A DNA stretch of 45,309 nucleotides from Allosphingosinicella sp. Its GTDB lineage: Bacteria > Pseudomonadota > Alphaproteobacteria > Sphingomonadales > Sphingomonadaceae. Positions 1 to 8,590 of this stretch are shown one piece after another. The first letter of the stretch is position 1. The number at the start of each line of letters is the position of its first letter. Position numbers and translations under genes: made by a program. The stretch lies in assembly GCA_035553755.1 (NCBI GenBank), contig DATMJS010000097.1:1-45309 (forward strand). The letters run 5' to 3'. The notes beneath the pieces are model-generated. The model was not told the DNA's origin. It saw only the letters and a list, made by a program, of their open reading frames with translations, and ran no database searches.

Positions 1-1043
1 CCGGCAGGAGTTAGTTGCGGATTGGCTTCCAGCAGAAGCGCCGCGACCCCCGCTACGTGAGGCGTGGCCATCGAGGTGCCGCTTGAGATCGCAAGGGTGG
101 TAGAGCCTGTGTGCCAGGCCGAGGTGATGGAGTCGGCAGGCGCGAATAGATCGAGACAAGTGCCGTGATTTGACCAGGAGGGACGGCTGTGGGTTCGATC
201 ACTGGCGCCGACGGTGATTGCCTCAGGCACTCGGGCCGGCGAATTGGTGCATGCGTCGGTACCGTCATTTCCCGCGGCCGCGGTTACGGCTATGCCGCCC
301 GCGATAAGCCGGCGAGCCGCATCGTCCACGGAGCTGCTGGCTCCGCCGCCGAGAGAGAGGTTTGCAACCGCCGGACGGCGCGCATTGGCTGCTATCCAGT
401 CGAGGGCTGCAATGACACCGCTCATGGTCCCGCTGCCATCGCAGCCGAGCACACGGGCCGACACGAGGGCGGCTCCCCTGGCTACGCCGTAAGTGGTGCC
501 AGCGACCGCGCCTGCCACATGCGTTCCATGCCCGTGGCAGTCCGCTCCATTGCGCCGATCACCTACCGCGTCATATCCTGCAGAAGCTCGCCCGGCGAAC
601 TCCTGATGGTCAAACCGGATGCCCGTATCAACTACGTAGACGGTGACGCCGCGCTTCGTGTGGGAGGTGGAATAGGCGCCGTCGAGGGGCAGCGAACGTT
701 GATCAATTCTGTCTTGGCCCCAGCTTTGGTGGATCCTGGCTTCACGATCGACCTCTACGCGAACAACCCTGTTGTCGCGCAGAAGTCCTGATCGTGCCGC
801 TTCTGACATGCGCCCGGCAAAGCCGGTAAGAACGCGGGTATAGATGAAGTCGGGCTCGGCCCCATATTGCTGAGCCACCTCGCGCGGATTTGCGCGCTCC
901 TCTAGCGTCACGATGAAGCGGCCGGGAATCGGCTGCCCCTGTCCTCGCGCTACAGGAACTCGCTGCTGCGCCTCTGCCGGAGCGGGAGCCGCAACCATGC
1001 TCAGCGACAACATCAGCAGGGACAGGAAAAGCCTCGACAGCAT
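1..1043 (-). CDS. Secreted S8 subtilisin-like serine peptidase (proteinase K/aqualysin type) with I9-like propeptide; 3' end outside the window
   Basis: Manual translation of the minus strand from ATG 1043 (GGAGG upstream). Signal peptide MLSRLFLSLLMLSLSMVAAPAPAEA, then IPGRFIVTL, SWGQDRIDQRSLPLDG, and triad motifs VYVVDTGI, HGHGTHVAG and SGTSMATPHVAGVAALLLE. Open to the window edge. Confidence 0.95.
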   Translation of the reverse strand, partial: MLSRLFLSLLMLSLSMVAAPAPAEAQQRVPVARGQGQPIPGRFIVTLEERANPREVAQQYGAEPDFIYTRVLTGFAGRMSEAARSGLLRDNRVVRVEVDREARIHQSWGQDRIDQRSLPLDGAYSTSHTKRGVTVYVVDTGIRFDHQEFAGRASAGYDAVGDRRNGADCHGHGTHVAGAVAGTTYGVARGAALVSARVLGCDGSGTMSGVIAALDWIAANARRPAVANLSLGGGASSSVDDAARRLIAGGIAVTAAAGNDGTDACTNSPARVPEAITVGASDRTHSRPSWSNHGTCLDLFAPADSITSAWHTGSTTLAISSGTSMATPHVAGVAALLLEANPQLTPA

Positions 1044-1412
1044 CACGCGCCTCCATTCAATCGTTGGAGGCGAACTAGAACGCATCCGGTGCAACGCCTC
1101 AGCAAATGCGAAAAGCGGCTGGACCACAAAAGTTCCTGATTAGAAGCACTTGCCCTTTCACCTGCAGGGAGCACGCGATTGTTTGCCGCTCAAGCGGCAG
1201 CAAGCTCCTGAAGCTGAAACAGATAAATCGAACTGTTCTTCCACCATAGCAGACACCAGCGCTCTGGCTTCGGAATGGATGTGGGGAGAGGGCGCGTCGC
1301 GAAAGGGAGGTGCTAACAATGGGATCAACAACCCGGGCATTAGTCCCGCTGGCGCGTCGTCAGCAGACTAGCAGAACAGCCTTACCGCTCCGAAAGCGAA
1401 GAGGAAGGTGGA

Positions 1413-1622
1413 TTAGTCTGGATCTACCACAGAGGAAGCAAACCGCGGGTTCGTCTGCAACGCCATAGCCAGCTGTCGACAGCGGCTGGCCTTCCGCTGA
1501 TAGCAAACTTGTGTCCGTGGCTTTACATCGCGCCGCGCCTGCGCATCCCAATATTCCGCAGCACGCTCAAGATCGGCTACGGTTGATCGTGATCGCCAAG
1601 AGTCGTTCTGTTGCGCCGCCAT
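1413..1622 (-). CDS. Small hypothetical protein (~69 aa)
   Basis: ORF MAAQQNDSWRSRSTVADLERAAEYWDAQARR... in an otherwise empty intergenic stretch; no recognised family. Confidence 0.35.
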   Translation of the reverse strand: MAAQQNDSWRSRSTVADLERAAEYWDAQARRDVKPRTQVCYQRKASRCRQLAMALQTNPRFASSVVDPD

Positions 1623-1842
1623 GAAATCCCGCCCACGCACGATGCACCTGTTCTACCTTAATGCCTCCAGAATGAAAGGCCATTAGGGCATCAGAACGCC
1701 GCAAACTCGGCGACTGGGCAGACGCGCAGACGGATCAGATCTAGTAGGTTCCATTCCGCTGTCTGCCGCAAGCGACGCTCACGATCGAAGTACGCGCCGT
1801 TCCTCAGAGGCTGACTTGCTTCTTACCGCCAGGCGAGGTCAA

Positions 1843-1856
1843 TATATCGATATAAT
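1843..1856. promoter_or_regulatory. Perfect 12-bp palindrome TATATCGATATA overlapping a TATAAT -10-like hexamer
   Basis: AT-rich palindrome 1843-1854 in GC-rich DNA, about 35 nt upstream of the ATG at 1890. Confidence 0.45.
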
Positions 1857-1889
1857 TGTGCAGCCGTACAGCTGAGGAGGGGCCGGTAA

Positions 1890-4394
1890 ATGTCAGCGCT
1901 ATTGCGGTGTCTTTCGGCCTGCGCGGGCGCCCTCTTACTCGGCGCCTGTGGAGCCCGAACCCCGTTCGGACCGTTGCCTGCGGCGGGATCGGCAGCTACT
2001 GCTGAAGAGACCTGCTCCGCTCCGCCGAAGGGCAGCTCTACCCTCTTTCTGAGAGGGTCCATGAACAGCTGGGTCTCCCTTGAGACATTCGCCTTCCAGC
2101 ATAGCTGCGATGCCTATTATCTCAATGTCAATCTGGTCGGGAAGCAGCGGTTCAAGGTCGCCGACGCGCTGTGGTCAAACGCTCTCACGTTCGGCGGGGC
2201 GCCGGACAAGGTCACACCAGTGCAAGGCGCATCATCAGCCTTGACTCAGGCGTCCGCACCCGGAGGAGCCGGCGATCTCACCTATTCATTCGAGGGATGG
2301 CATACGCTGCGGCTGGGCTTTGCGGCAGGCGTGCCGCAGCTGACCATTGGGCCGAAGACCTTTGCTGACCCTCGGGATGTCGCTGTAACCGACCAGGCAG
2401 TGCTAAGCGTCCGGCACGACTCCCGTAGCCTATCCCACAAAGCACCCTTTGGCGCGGTAATGGCCGGAACGGAGGTCCGCTTCGCCCTCGAGGCGATCCC
2501 GGGCATCGGCGGCGTTACGCTGGTGGTCGAGAGGCAAGAGATACAGGGGAACCAGGAGCAGGTGCGCTATGAGGAGATAGCGCGCCTGTCACTGTCTAGA
2601 AGCGTCGAAGGCAATCGGGAACGCTGGACCGGACGGTTCGCGTTCGCGGAGCCAGGAGTTTACGGCTACTATTTTGAAGTCGAGAAAGATGTTGCTTCTT
2701 ACCTATACCAGAACAACAGGGACATGATTTTCTGGACCCGCGAGCAGGGTTCCAACGGCCTCGGCCAGATGACCACTATGAGCCCCGGCGCGCACATCCG
2801 CCGTTTTCGCCAGACCGTTTACGCCAAAGAGTTCGCGGTCCCGCAATGGGCGCAGGACGCGATCTATTACTATATTTTCCCGGACCGTTTCCGGAACGGC
2901 GACAGGAGCAACGATCCGAAGCCGGCAGCCAGCGCCGATCCGGCTTCCGCTGTCGAGTTCCACAGCAACTGGCTCGACAAGCCGTGGCGCCCCGGTTCCG
3001 GCGACGGGTCTGACGAATTCGGCACGAACGATTTTTTCGGCGGCGATATTGCGGGAATTATCGAGAAGCTGGATTACATAGCGGAGCTCGGCGCGAACGC
3101 GCTGTACATCACCCCGCTCTTCCGCGCCGGCAGCAATCATAAATATGACACCGCCGACTATCGGTCGATCGACCCGGGCTTCGGAAGCAACCTCGATTTC
3201 GGGCGGCTGACGCGGGAGGCGGCGAAGCGGGGCATACGGGTGATCCCGGACGCATCGCTCAACCATACGGGACGGGATTCCATCTATTTCGACCGCTTCG
3301 GCAAATATCCGGAGATCGGCGCCTTCGAAGGAGGAAGGATTCGTCCGGATTCGCCCTTTGCCGACTGGTACAAGTTCGATCCCGCTCAACCAGAGCCGGA
3401 TCGGCAATATAAGGGCTGGGCCGGCGCGCGCGACCTGCCGGAGCTGAACAAGGGTTCGCCCAGCTTTCGACAGTTCGCCTACGCAGCGGACGATTCCGTG
3501 ATGAAGCTGTGGCTCGACCACGGCGCGGCGGGCTGGCGGATGGACGTGGCGCCCTGGGTGCCCGATGACTTCTGGCGCGAATGGAGACGAGCCATCAAGG
3601 CGCGGCGGCCCGATGCGCTGCTCATCGCGGAAACCTGGTTCGACGCGTCGAAATATTTCCTCGGCGACAGCTTTGACTCGACAATGAATTATATATTCCG
3701 CGACACGGTGCTGAATTACGCGTCGGGAAGCAAAGCGTCCTCAGTCTACCACAATATCGAGCTTATGCGCGAACTGTACCCAAAGCAGGCCTTCTTCGCG
3801 CTGATGAACCTGCTTTCGGGCCACGACACCGCAAGATCGCTGCACGTGTTGGGCGACGACGGGAGCGGAGCAGACCCGACCGCCGCGCGAACTGCCATGC
3901 GGCGGTTGCGGCTGGCGGTCTTCTTCCAGATGATTTTTCCCGGCGCGCCCGCCATCTTCTACGGCGACGAGGTCGGTCTGACCGGCGGTGACGATCCCTA
4001 CAACCGCCTCGCTTTTCCTTGGGAAGACAGGGGCGGCAGTCCAGATATGAATCTGCTGTCGGAGTTTCAGCTGCTGACGAAGCTGCGCCGCGATCATCCC
4101 GTTCTTCGGCGGGGCACTCTCGGCGCACCCTTATACATTGACGACCATCTCATCGTGCTCGCCCGCGGGGACGGCAAGGACCTGGCGATCACCGCGACCA
4201 ATAATTCGCAGGCCGACAGACAGATCGATCTGCCGCTGCCGGCGGAATTTGCGCGCGAATCTTTTCGGAACGCCTTGACGGGTGCGGCGGCCGAGCCGGT
4301 AGACGGAAGGCTCCGGCTGCATGTGCCGGCCCTTTACGGGACCGTGCTCGTCAACGCGGACGCGTGGCGCGCAAGTTCGATTACGGCACCATAG
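1890..4394 (+). CDS. GH13 neopullulanase/cyclomaltodextrinase/amylopullulanase-like enzyme, probable lipoprotein with N-terminal starch-binding-type domains
   Basis: Motifs IYYYIFPDRF, FFGGDIAGIIEKLDY, SNHKYDT, DASLNH, GWRMDVAPW (nucleophile D), AETW, LLSGHDT and YGDEVG. Lipobox LLLGAC; GAGGAGG RBS. Confidence 0.93.
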   Translation: MSALLRCLSACAGALLLGACGARTPFGPLPAAGSAATAEETCSAPPKGSSTLFLRGSMNSWVSLETFAFQHSCDAYYLNVNLVGKQRFKVADALWSNALTFGGAPDKVTPVQGASSALTQASAPGGAGDLTYSFEGWHTLRLGFAAGVPQLTIGPKTFADPRDVAVTDQAVLSVRHDSRSLSHKAPFGAVMAGTEVRFALEAIPGIGGVTLVVERQEIQGNQEQVRYEEIARLSLSRSVEGNRERWTGRFAFAEPGVYGYYFEVEKDVASYLYQNNRDMIFWTREQGSNGLGQMTTMSPGAHIRRFRQTVYAKEFAVPQWAQDAIYYYIFPDRFRNGDRSNDPKPAASADPASAVEFHSNWLDKPWRPGSGDGSDEFGTNDFFGGDIAGIIEKLDYIAELGANALYITPLFRAGSNHKYDTADYRSIDPGFGSNLDFGRLTREAAKRGIRVIPDASLNHTGRDSIYFDRFGKYPEIGAFEGGRIRPDSPFADWYKFDPAQPEPDRQYKGWAGARDLPELNKGSPSFRQFAYAADDSVMKLWLDHGAAGWRMDVAPWVPDDFWREWRRAIKARRPDALLIAETWFDASKYFLGDSFDSTMNYIFRDTVLNYASGSKASSVYHNIELMRELYPKQAFFALMNLLSGHDTARSLHVLGDDGSGADPTAARTAMRRLRLAVFFQMIFPGAPAIFYGDEVGLTGGDDPYNRLAFPWEDRGGSPDMNLLSEFQLLTKLRRDHPVLRRGTLGAPLYIDDHLIVLARGDGKDLAITATNNSQADRQIDLPLPAEFARESFRNALTGAAAEPVDGRLRLHVPALYGTVLVNADAWRASSITAP

Positions 4395-4479
4395 TCGATT
4401 TGAGTGCCGGCGCTAGCGGGGTCTCGCCGATGTCCGCCGGCGTGAGGCGGAGAATCGGCGTCGGCGCCGCTCACTCGCC

Positions 4480-4605
4480 CTATTCCTCGGCAAAGGCCAC
4501 CGCGGCGCCGAAGAGGCCAAGCTGCGGATGCATGATGAGCTTCACCCGTATCTCCCCAATCCGCCGTTCGAAGCAACCCACGGCGACGAAGCGGCGGCGA
4601 AAGTC
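4480..4605 (-). pseudogene. glk: Glucokinase C-terminal remnant
   Basis: DFRRRFVAVGCFERRIGEIRVKLIMHPQLGLFGAAVAFAEE resembles the Glk C-terminus (F..RF..KGRF......IPVKLITHPQPGLFGAAAAF); the rest of the gene is missing. Confidence 0.75.
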
Positions 4606-4936
4606 TCGCAGGCGCGTGGCGTGTTTCAGGTGCCGAGACAATCGTCTGCCGCACGGCGCCTTGCGCGCCAGCCGTTTCGCCGCCTCGTCCACGTCCAGTC
4701 AATCTGGTGTAGCTCGCCCCTCGGATCGAACAGATTCTGCCCGCCATGCATGTAGAGCACCGCATAAGCGCCCTTTTGGGTCGTAGTCCCGCGGCAACCA
4801 GAGGGACACGTCGCGTGAATCCGCGTGGCGCGATTGGAAATTACTATGATGGCCGGGCCAGCCCCGGTTCGAAGCTCCCCGCCTGCGCCAACGAAGACAA
4901 AGGGAGAAGCAGCAGCAGGACCAGCCGTGCGATCAT
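4600..4936 (-). pseudogene. Secreted alpha/beta-hydrolase (putative esterase family) N-terminal remnant, frameshifted and truncated
   Basis: ATG 4936 overlaps the GH97 stop (ATGA). Signal peptide MIARLVLLLLLPLSSLAQAG, then across frameshifts: FQSRHADSRDVSLWLPRDYDPKGR / YAVLYMHGGQNLFDP / VDEAAKRLA / QTIV..G.*NTP.RLR. Confidence 0.75.
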
Positions 4937-6948
4937 TTGAGCGCCACCAGCCGGATCGCCTGTCCCCCGCCCGGCGCGAGCCGCAGAGTCAGCGTGTCGG
5001 CGCTGGTCACCACCCGTTCCTCGATGAGGAGGTCCTTGGCATTGGTGCGATAGTCGGCATTCGGGCCGTCGCGGTAGATTTGCGCGCGGTAGCGCTTGCC
5101 GGGGGTGAGGAAGGAGAGGGGGGCGGCCAGGACCCGGCCTTCCTCGTCGGTTACCGAGCCGATATACCAGTTCTCGCTACTCCGATCCTTACGCGCGATC
5201 GTGACATAGTCCCCGATCTCGCCGTTCAGCACTCGCGTCTCGGCCCAGTCGGCGGGCACGTCCTTGATGAACTGGAAAGGTCGCATGTGCTGCTCGTAAT
5301 TTTCGATGAGGTCGGCGGCCATCTGGATCGGTGAATAGATCACCACGTAAAGGGCGAGCTGCTTGGCTTGGGTGGATAGGATCGGCTGGCCGCGCCCTTC
5401 CAAGCTGAGGATGCCGGGCGTGAAGTCCATAGGTCCGGCCAGCATGCGAGTGAAAACCAGGTTCGCCTCATGCTCGGGCGGGTTGGGCGGTACGCCCCAG
5501 GCGTTGAACTCCATTCCCCGCGCCCCTTCGCGGGAGACCCAGTTCGGGTAGGTCCGGCGGAGGCCGGTGTCCTTGATCGGCTCGTGCGGATTGATCGCAA
5601 TTCGGCGTTCGGCGGCTTCGGTGACGACCTTTAGGTGATGGCGGGCCATCACTTGGCCTTCATGCCATTCGTAGCGGGTGGTGCCGTCGGGCCCCGGCGC
5701 CTGGATGCCGCCCATGTCGGCGACATAGCCGGTCTTCACCGCATCGATGCCCAGCCTCTGGTAGAGGTCGAGAGCGGCTTCGAGCTGCGGCTCGTAGACG
5801 GCGATGTTGCCGGCAGTTTCATGATGGCCGACGAGGCGCACGCTCTTGGAGCGTGCGTAGCGGGCGAGCTCCTCGATATCGAAATCGGGATAAGGCTTGG
5901 TGAAGCTGAAGTCCCGGCCGTTAGCGAACCAATCATCGTTCCAGCCCTCGTTCCAGCCTTCGACCAGCACGCCGCGGAATCCGTGCTTAGCCGCAAAGTC
6001 GATGTAGCGTTTGACGTTCGCAGTGTTGGCGCCGTGGCGGGGCCCGGGTCCCCATGTCTCCTTGTCGAGGTGCAGCGACCACCAGACCCCGACATATTTG
6101 AACGGCCTCACCCAGCTTACGTCGCCGAGCTTGTTGGGCTCGTTAAGGTTGAGGATGAGGTCGTTCTCGACGAGGCCGCCCGCACGGTCGGCGATCTGCA
6201 TGGTGCGCCAGGGCGTCGGAAAGGGCGCGGCGCGGCTCACCTTAGCCCCAGTCGAGGAGGGGGTCAGAATCGCACGGAAGCGGCCGTGACCTTCATTCTG
6301 GAGGTTCATTCCCGAATAGTCGGCCAGCGCAGCTTCGTGGAAGGCGATGTGGAGGCCGTCCTCGGTGCGGATCGTCATCGGCGTCTGGGCGATGCCGACC
6401 TCGCTCAGCCGGCTCTTGTGGTAGAGATACTCTTCGCGGTTCCACTGGAAGGCCGGGATCCACCAGGCGGTGGCGGGATCGGCAACGGCGAATTCGGTGA
6501 TCTCCTCAGCGATGTTGACGCTGGCCAGCGATGGCTGGTTCGGGAATTCGTAGCGGAAGCCGACACCGTCGTCATAGACACGGAAAACGACGTCCAGGCT
6601 GCGGTTCGGGGTGACCTTCTCCGTCAGTCGCACGCGCAGCTCGTTGAAGCGGTTGCTAACGAAGCGGCGCTCGCCCCAAGGCTGCTCCCACCTCTCGTCG
6701 GCGCTGCGGCGGCCGGCCTCGGCGATGGCGAAGTTGCGCTCGAGCTTGGGCGCGTCGGTCAGAAGAAAGCCGAGCCTCGATGGCTGGATCACCGGGCGGC
6801 CGAGGCGGGCAACGCTATATTCGGGGCGGCCTTCACCGTTCACGTCCACCGACACCGTCAGCACGCCCTCCGGCGAAGTGACCGTCAGCGGCCCCCCATA
6901 GGCAGGCGCGGCAAGGAACAGCGCCAGCGCAAAAAAGAGTCTGATCAT
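4933..6948 (-). CDS. GH97 alpha-glucosidase (SusB-like, inverting type), secreted
   Basis: Start reassigned to MIRLFFALAL (RBS GAAAGGA). Motifs VGVWW, VLVEGWNEGW, GHHET, AVKTGY, NPHEP, REGARGME and GPMDFTPG. Confidence 0.95.
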   Translation of the reverse strand: MIRLFFALALFLAAPAYGGPLTVTSPEGVLTVSVDVNGEGRPEYSVARLGRPVIQPSRLGFLLTDAPKLERNFAIAEAGRRSADERWEQPWGERRFVSNRFNELRVRLTEKVTPNRSLDVVFRVYDDGVGFRYEFPNQPSLASVNIAEEITEFAVADPATAWWIPAFQWNREEYLYHKSRLSEVGIAQTPMTIRTEDGLHIAFHEAALADYSGMNLQNEGHGRFRAILTPSSTGAKVSRAAPFPTPWRTMQIADRAGGLVENDLILNLNEPNKLGDVSWVRPFKYVGVWWSLHLDKETWGPGPRHGANTANVKRYIDFAAKHGFRGVLVEGWNEGWNDDWFANGRDFSFTKPYPDFDIEELARYARSKSVRLVGHHETAGNIAVYEPQLEAALDLYQRLGIDAVKTGYVADMGGIQAPGPDGTTRYEWHEGQVMARHHLKVVTEAAERRIAINPHEPIKDTGLRRTYPNWVSREGARGMEFNAWGVPPNPPEHEANLVFTRMLAGPMDFTPGILSLEGRGQPILSTQAKQLALYVVIYSPIQMAADLIENYEQHMRPFQFIKDVPADWAETRVLNGEIGDYVTIARKDRSSENWYIGSVTDEEGRVLAAPLSFLTPGKRYRAQIYRDGPNADYRTNAKDLLIEERVVTSADTLTLRLAPGGGQAIRLVALK

Positions 6949-6970
6949 GGTGATCCTTTCGGAGGACTTT

Positions 6971-8590
6971 TCACGAGACGCGCTCCGCAATGAAGCCGGA
7001 CAGGGGCGAGAGCGGCTCACCTACCTTCTCGATAATCTTCCAGCCGCGGGGAAGAGACCAATCGACGGTCTCGCCGCCGAGGTTGAAGACGCAGAGCAGC
7101 CGCGCCTCGCCTTCGGCCCTTTCGAAAGCCACGAGCGGGGCCGGGACTCCGACGGGTCGGACCGCGCCCGTGCGCAGGGCAGAATGGGTTTTGCGAAGCT
7201 CGATCAGCCGCCGGGTCAGGTTGAGGATCGAATCCGGGTTCGCCTCCTGCCTGTCCACCGCCAGAGGCAGGTGCCGGGGTTCTGCGGGAAGCCATGGCTC
7301 CTGCGGCGAGAAGCCGGCGTGCGGAAGGTCGCTTCGCCACGGCATCGGCGTCCGGCTGCCGTCGCGGCCGAGCGTTTCAGGCCAGTTTGCGACCGCTTCC
7401 GGGTCTTGGAGCCGTTCGAAAGGCACATGCGCCTGGGGGAGGCCGAGCTCCTCGCCCTGGTAGAGGAAGATGTTGCCGCGGAGAGCGATCAGCAGCAGGA
7501 GCGCCTGGCGCGCGAAGGCGTCCGGATCGCGTCCGTCCATCCAGCGCGATACGACGCGCGGCGCGTCGTGGTTGGAAAAGGCCCAGCTCGGCCAGCCTTC
7601 ACCGGGCGCGCCCGGCCAGAGCTCGATGGTCGAGCGGATCAGCTCGGGCGTGAGCTCCTGCGCATAGAGGAAATTGAATCCGTAGGCGCTGTTGAGCCGG
7701 CTTGGACCTTCGGTGAAGGTCTTCATCTCGCTGTCCGCCTGCTCGCCCCCGACCTCTGCGACGGTGAAGCGCCCGCCATAGCCGTCCATCACCTCGCGCA
7801 CACGCTCGAGAAAGGCGGGGATCGCGGGATGCGACTGATTGTAGAAATGGTGCTGGAAATCGAACGGGCGCGTCCGCTTGCCGTCGCCGTCCGGACGTGG
7901 AGGATTATCCCGCAGCTCCGGATCGTGCATGCAGAAGTTGATGGCGTCGAGGCGGAAGCCGTCAACGCCCCGGTCGAGCCAGAAGCGCGCGGTTTCCAGG
8001 AGCGCGTCCTGAACCTCCGGATTATGCGCGTTGAGGTTGGGCTGGCTCGGCAGGAAATTGTGCAGATAATATTGGCAGCGGCGCGCGTCCCAGGTCCAGC
8101 AGGGGCCGTGGAAGACGGACTGCCAGTTGGTCGGCGGCGAGCCGTCGGGTTTTGCGTCCGCCCAGACGAACCAGGCGGCTTTGGGATTGTCCTGCGACGA
8201 GCGGCTCTCCTGGAACCACGCATGCTGGTCGGACGTGTGGGCATAGACCTGGTCGATGATGACCTTGAGGCCGAGTTCATGCGCCCGCGCCAGCAGCGCA
8301 TCGAAGTCGGCGAGGGTGCCGAAGATAGGGTCGACGTCCCGATAGTCGGAGATGTCGTAGCCGAAATCCGCCATTGGCGAGGTGAAGAAGGGCGAGAGCC
8401 AGATCCCGTCCACTCCCAGCGAAGCGACATAGTCCAGGCGTTCGGTGATGCCGGGCAAGTCGCCTATGCCGTCGCGGTTGGAATCGGCGAAGCTGCGTGG
8501 GTAGATCTGATAAATAACGGCGCCGCGCCACCACTCGCTCGTTGCGGCGGAAACGGCTCCTCCCGGCTGCACGAGGTTCATCTGGTTCAA
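6971..8590 (-). CDS. GH13 alpha-glucosidase (oligo-1,6-glucosidase/maltase-like), cytoplasmic
   Basis: WWRGAVIYQIYPRSFADSN.DGIGDL, DFGYDISDY, DQVYAHTS, GFRLDAIN, VAEVG and FSNHD. Start is TTG 8590 (overlapping the upstream stop) or ATG 8581. Confidence 0.95.
   Translation of the reverse strand: MNQMNLVQPGGAVSAATSEWWRGAVIYQIYPRSFADSNRDGIGDLPGITERLDYVASLGVDGIWLSPFFTSPMADFGYDISDYRDVDPIFGTLADFDALLARAHELGLKVIIDQVYAHTSDQHAWFQESRSSQDNPKAAWFVWADAKPDGSPPTNWQSVFHGPCWTWDARRCQYYLHNFLPSQPNLNAHNPEVQDALLETARFWLDRGVDGFRLDAINFCMHDPELRDNPPRPDGDGKRTRPFDFQHHFYNQSHPAIPAFLERVREVMDGYGGRFTVAEVGGEQADSEMKTFTEGPSRLNSAYGFNFLYAQELTPELIRSTIELWPGAPGEGWPSWAFSNHDAPRVVSRWMDGRDPDAFARQALLLLIALRGNIFLYQGEELGLPQAHVPFERLQDPEAVANWPETLGRDGSRTPMPWRSDLPHAGFSPQEPWLPAEPRHLPLAVDRQEANPDSILNLTRRLIELRKTHSALRTGAVRPVGVPAPLVAFERAEGEARLLCVFNLGGETVDWSLPRGWKIIEKVGEPLSPLSGFIAERVS

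Noticed and set aside
189-791. 200-aa plus-strand ORF and overlapping short ORFs
   Set aside because: Antisense shadows of the S8 peptidase.
1110-1137. GGAACTTTT motif upstream of the S8 peptidase as an EcfG promoter
   Set aside because: No GTT at the 16-17 nt spacing.
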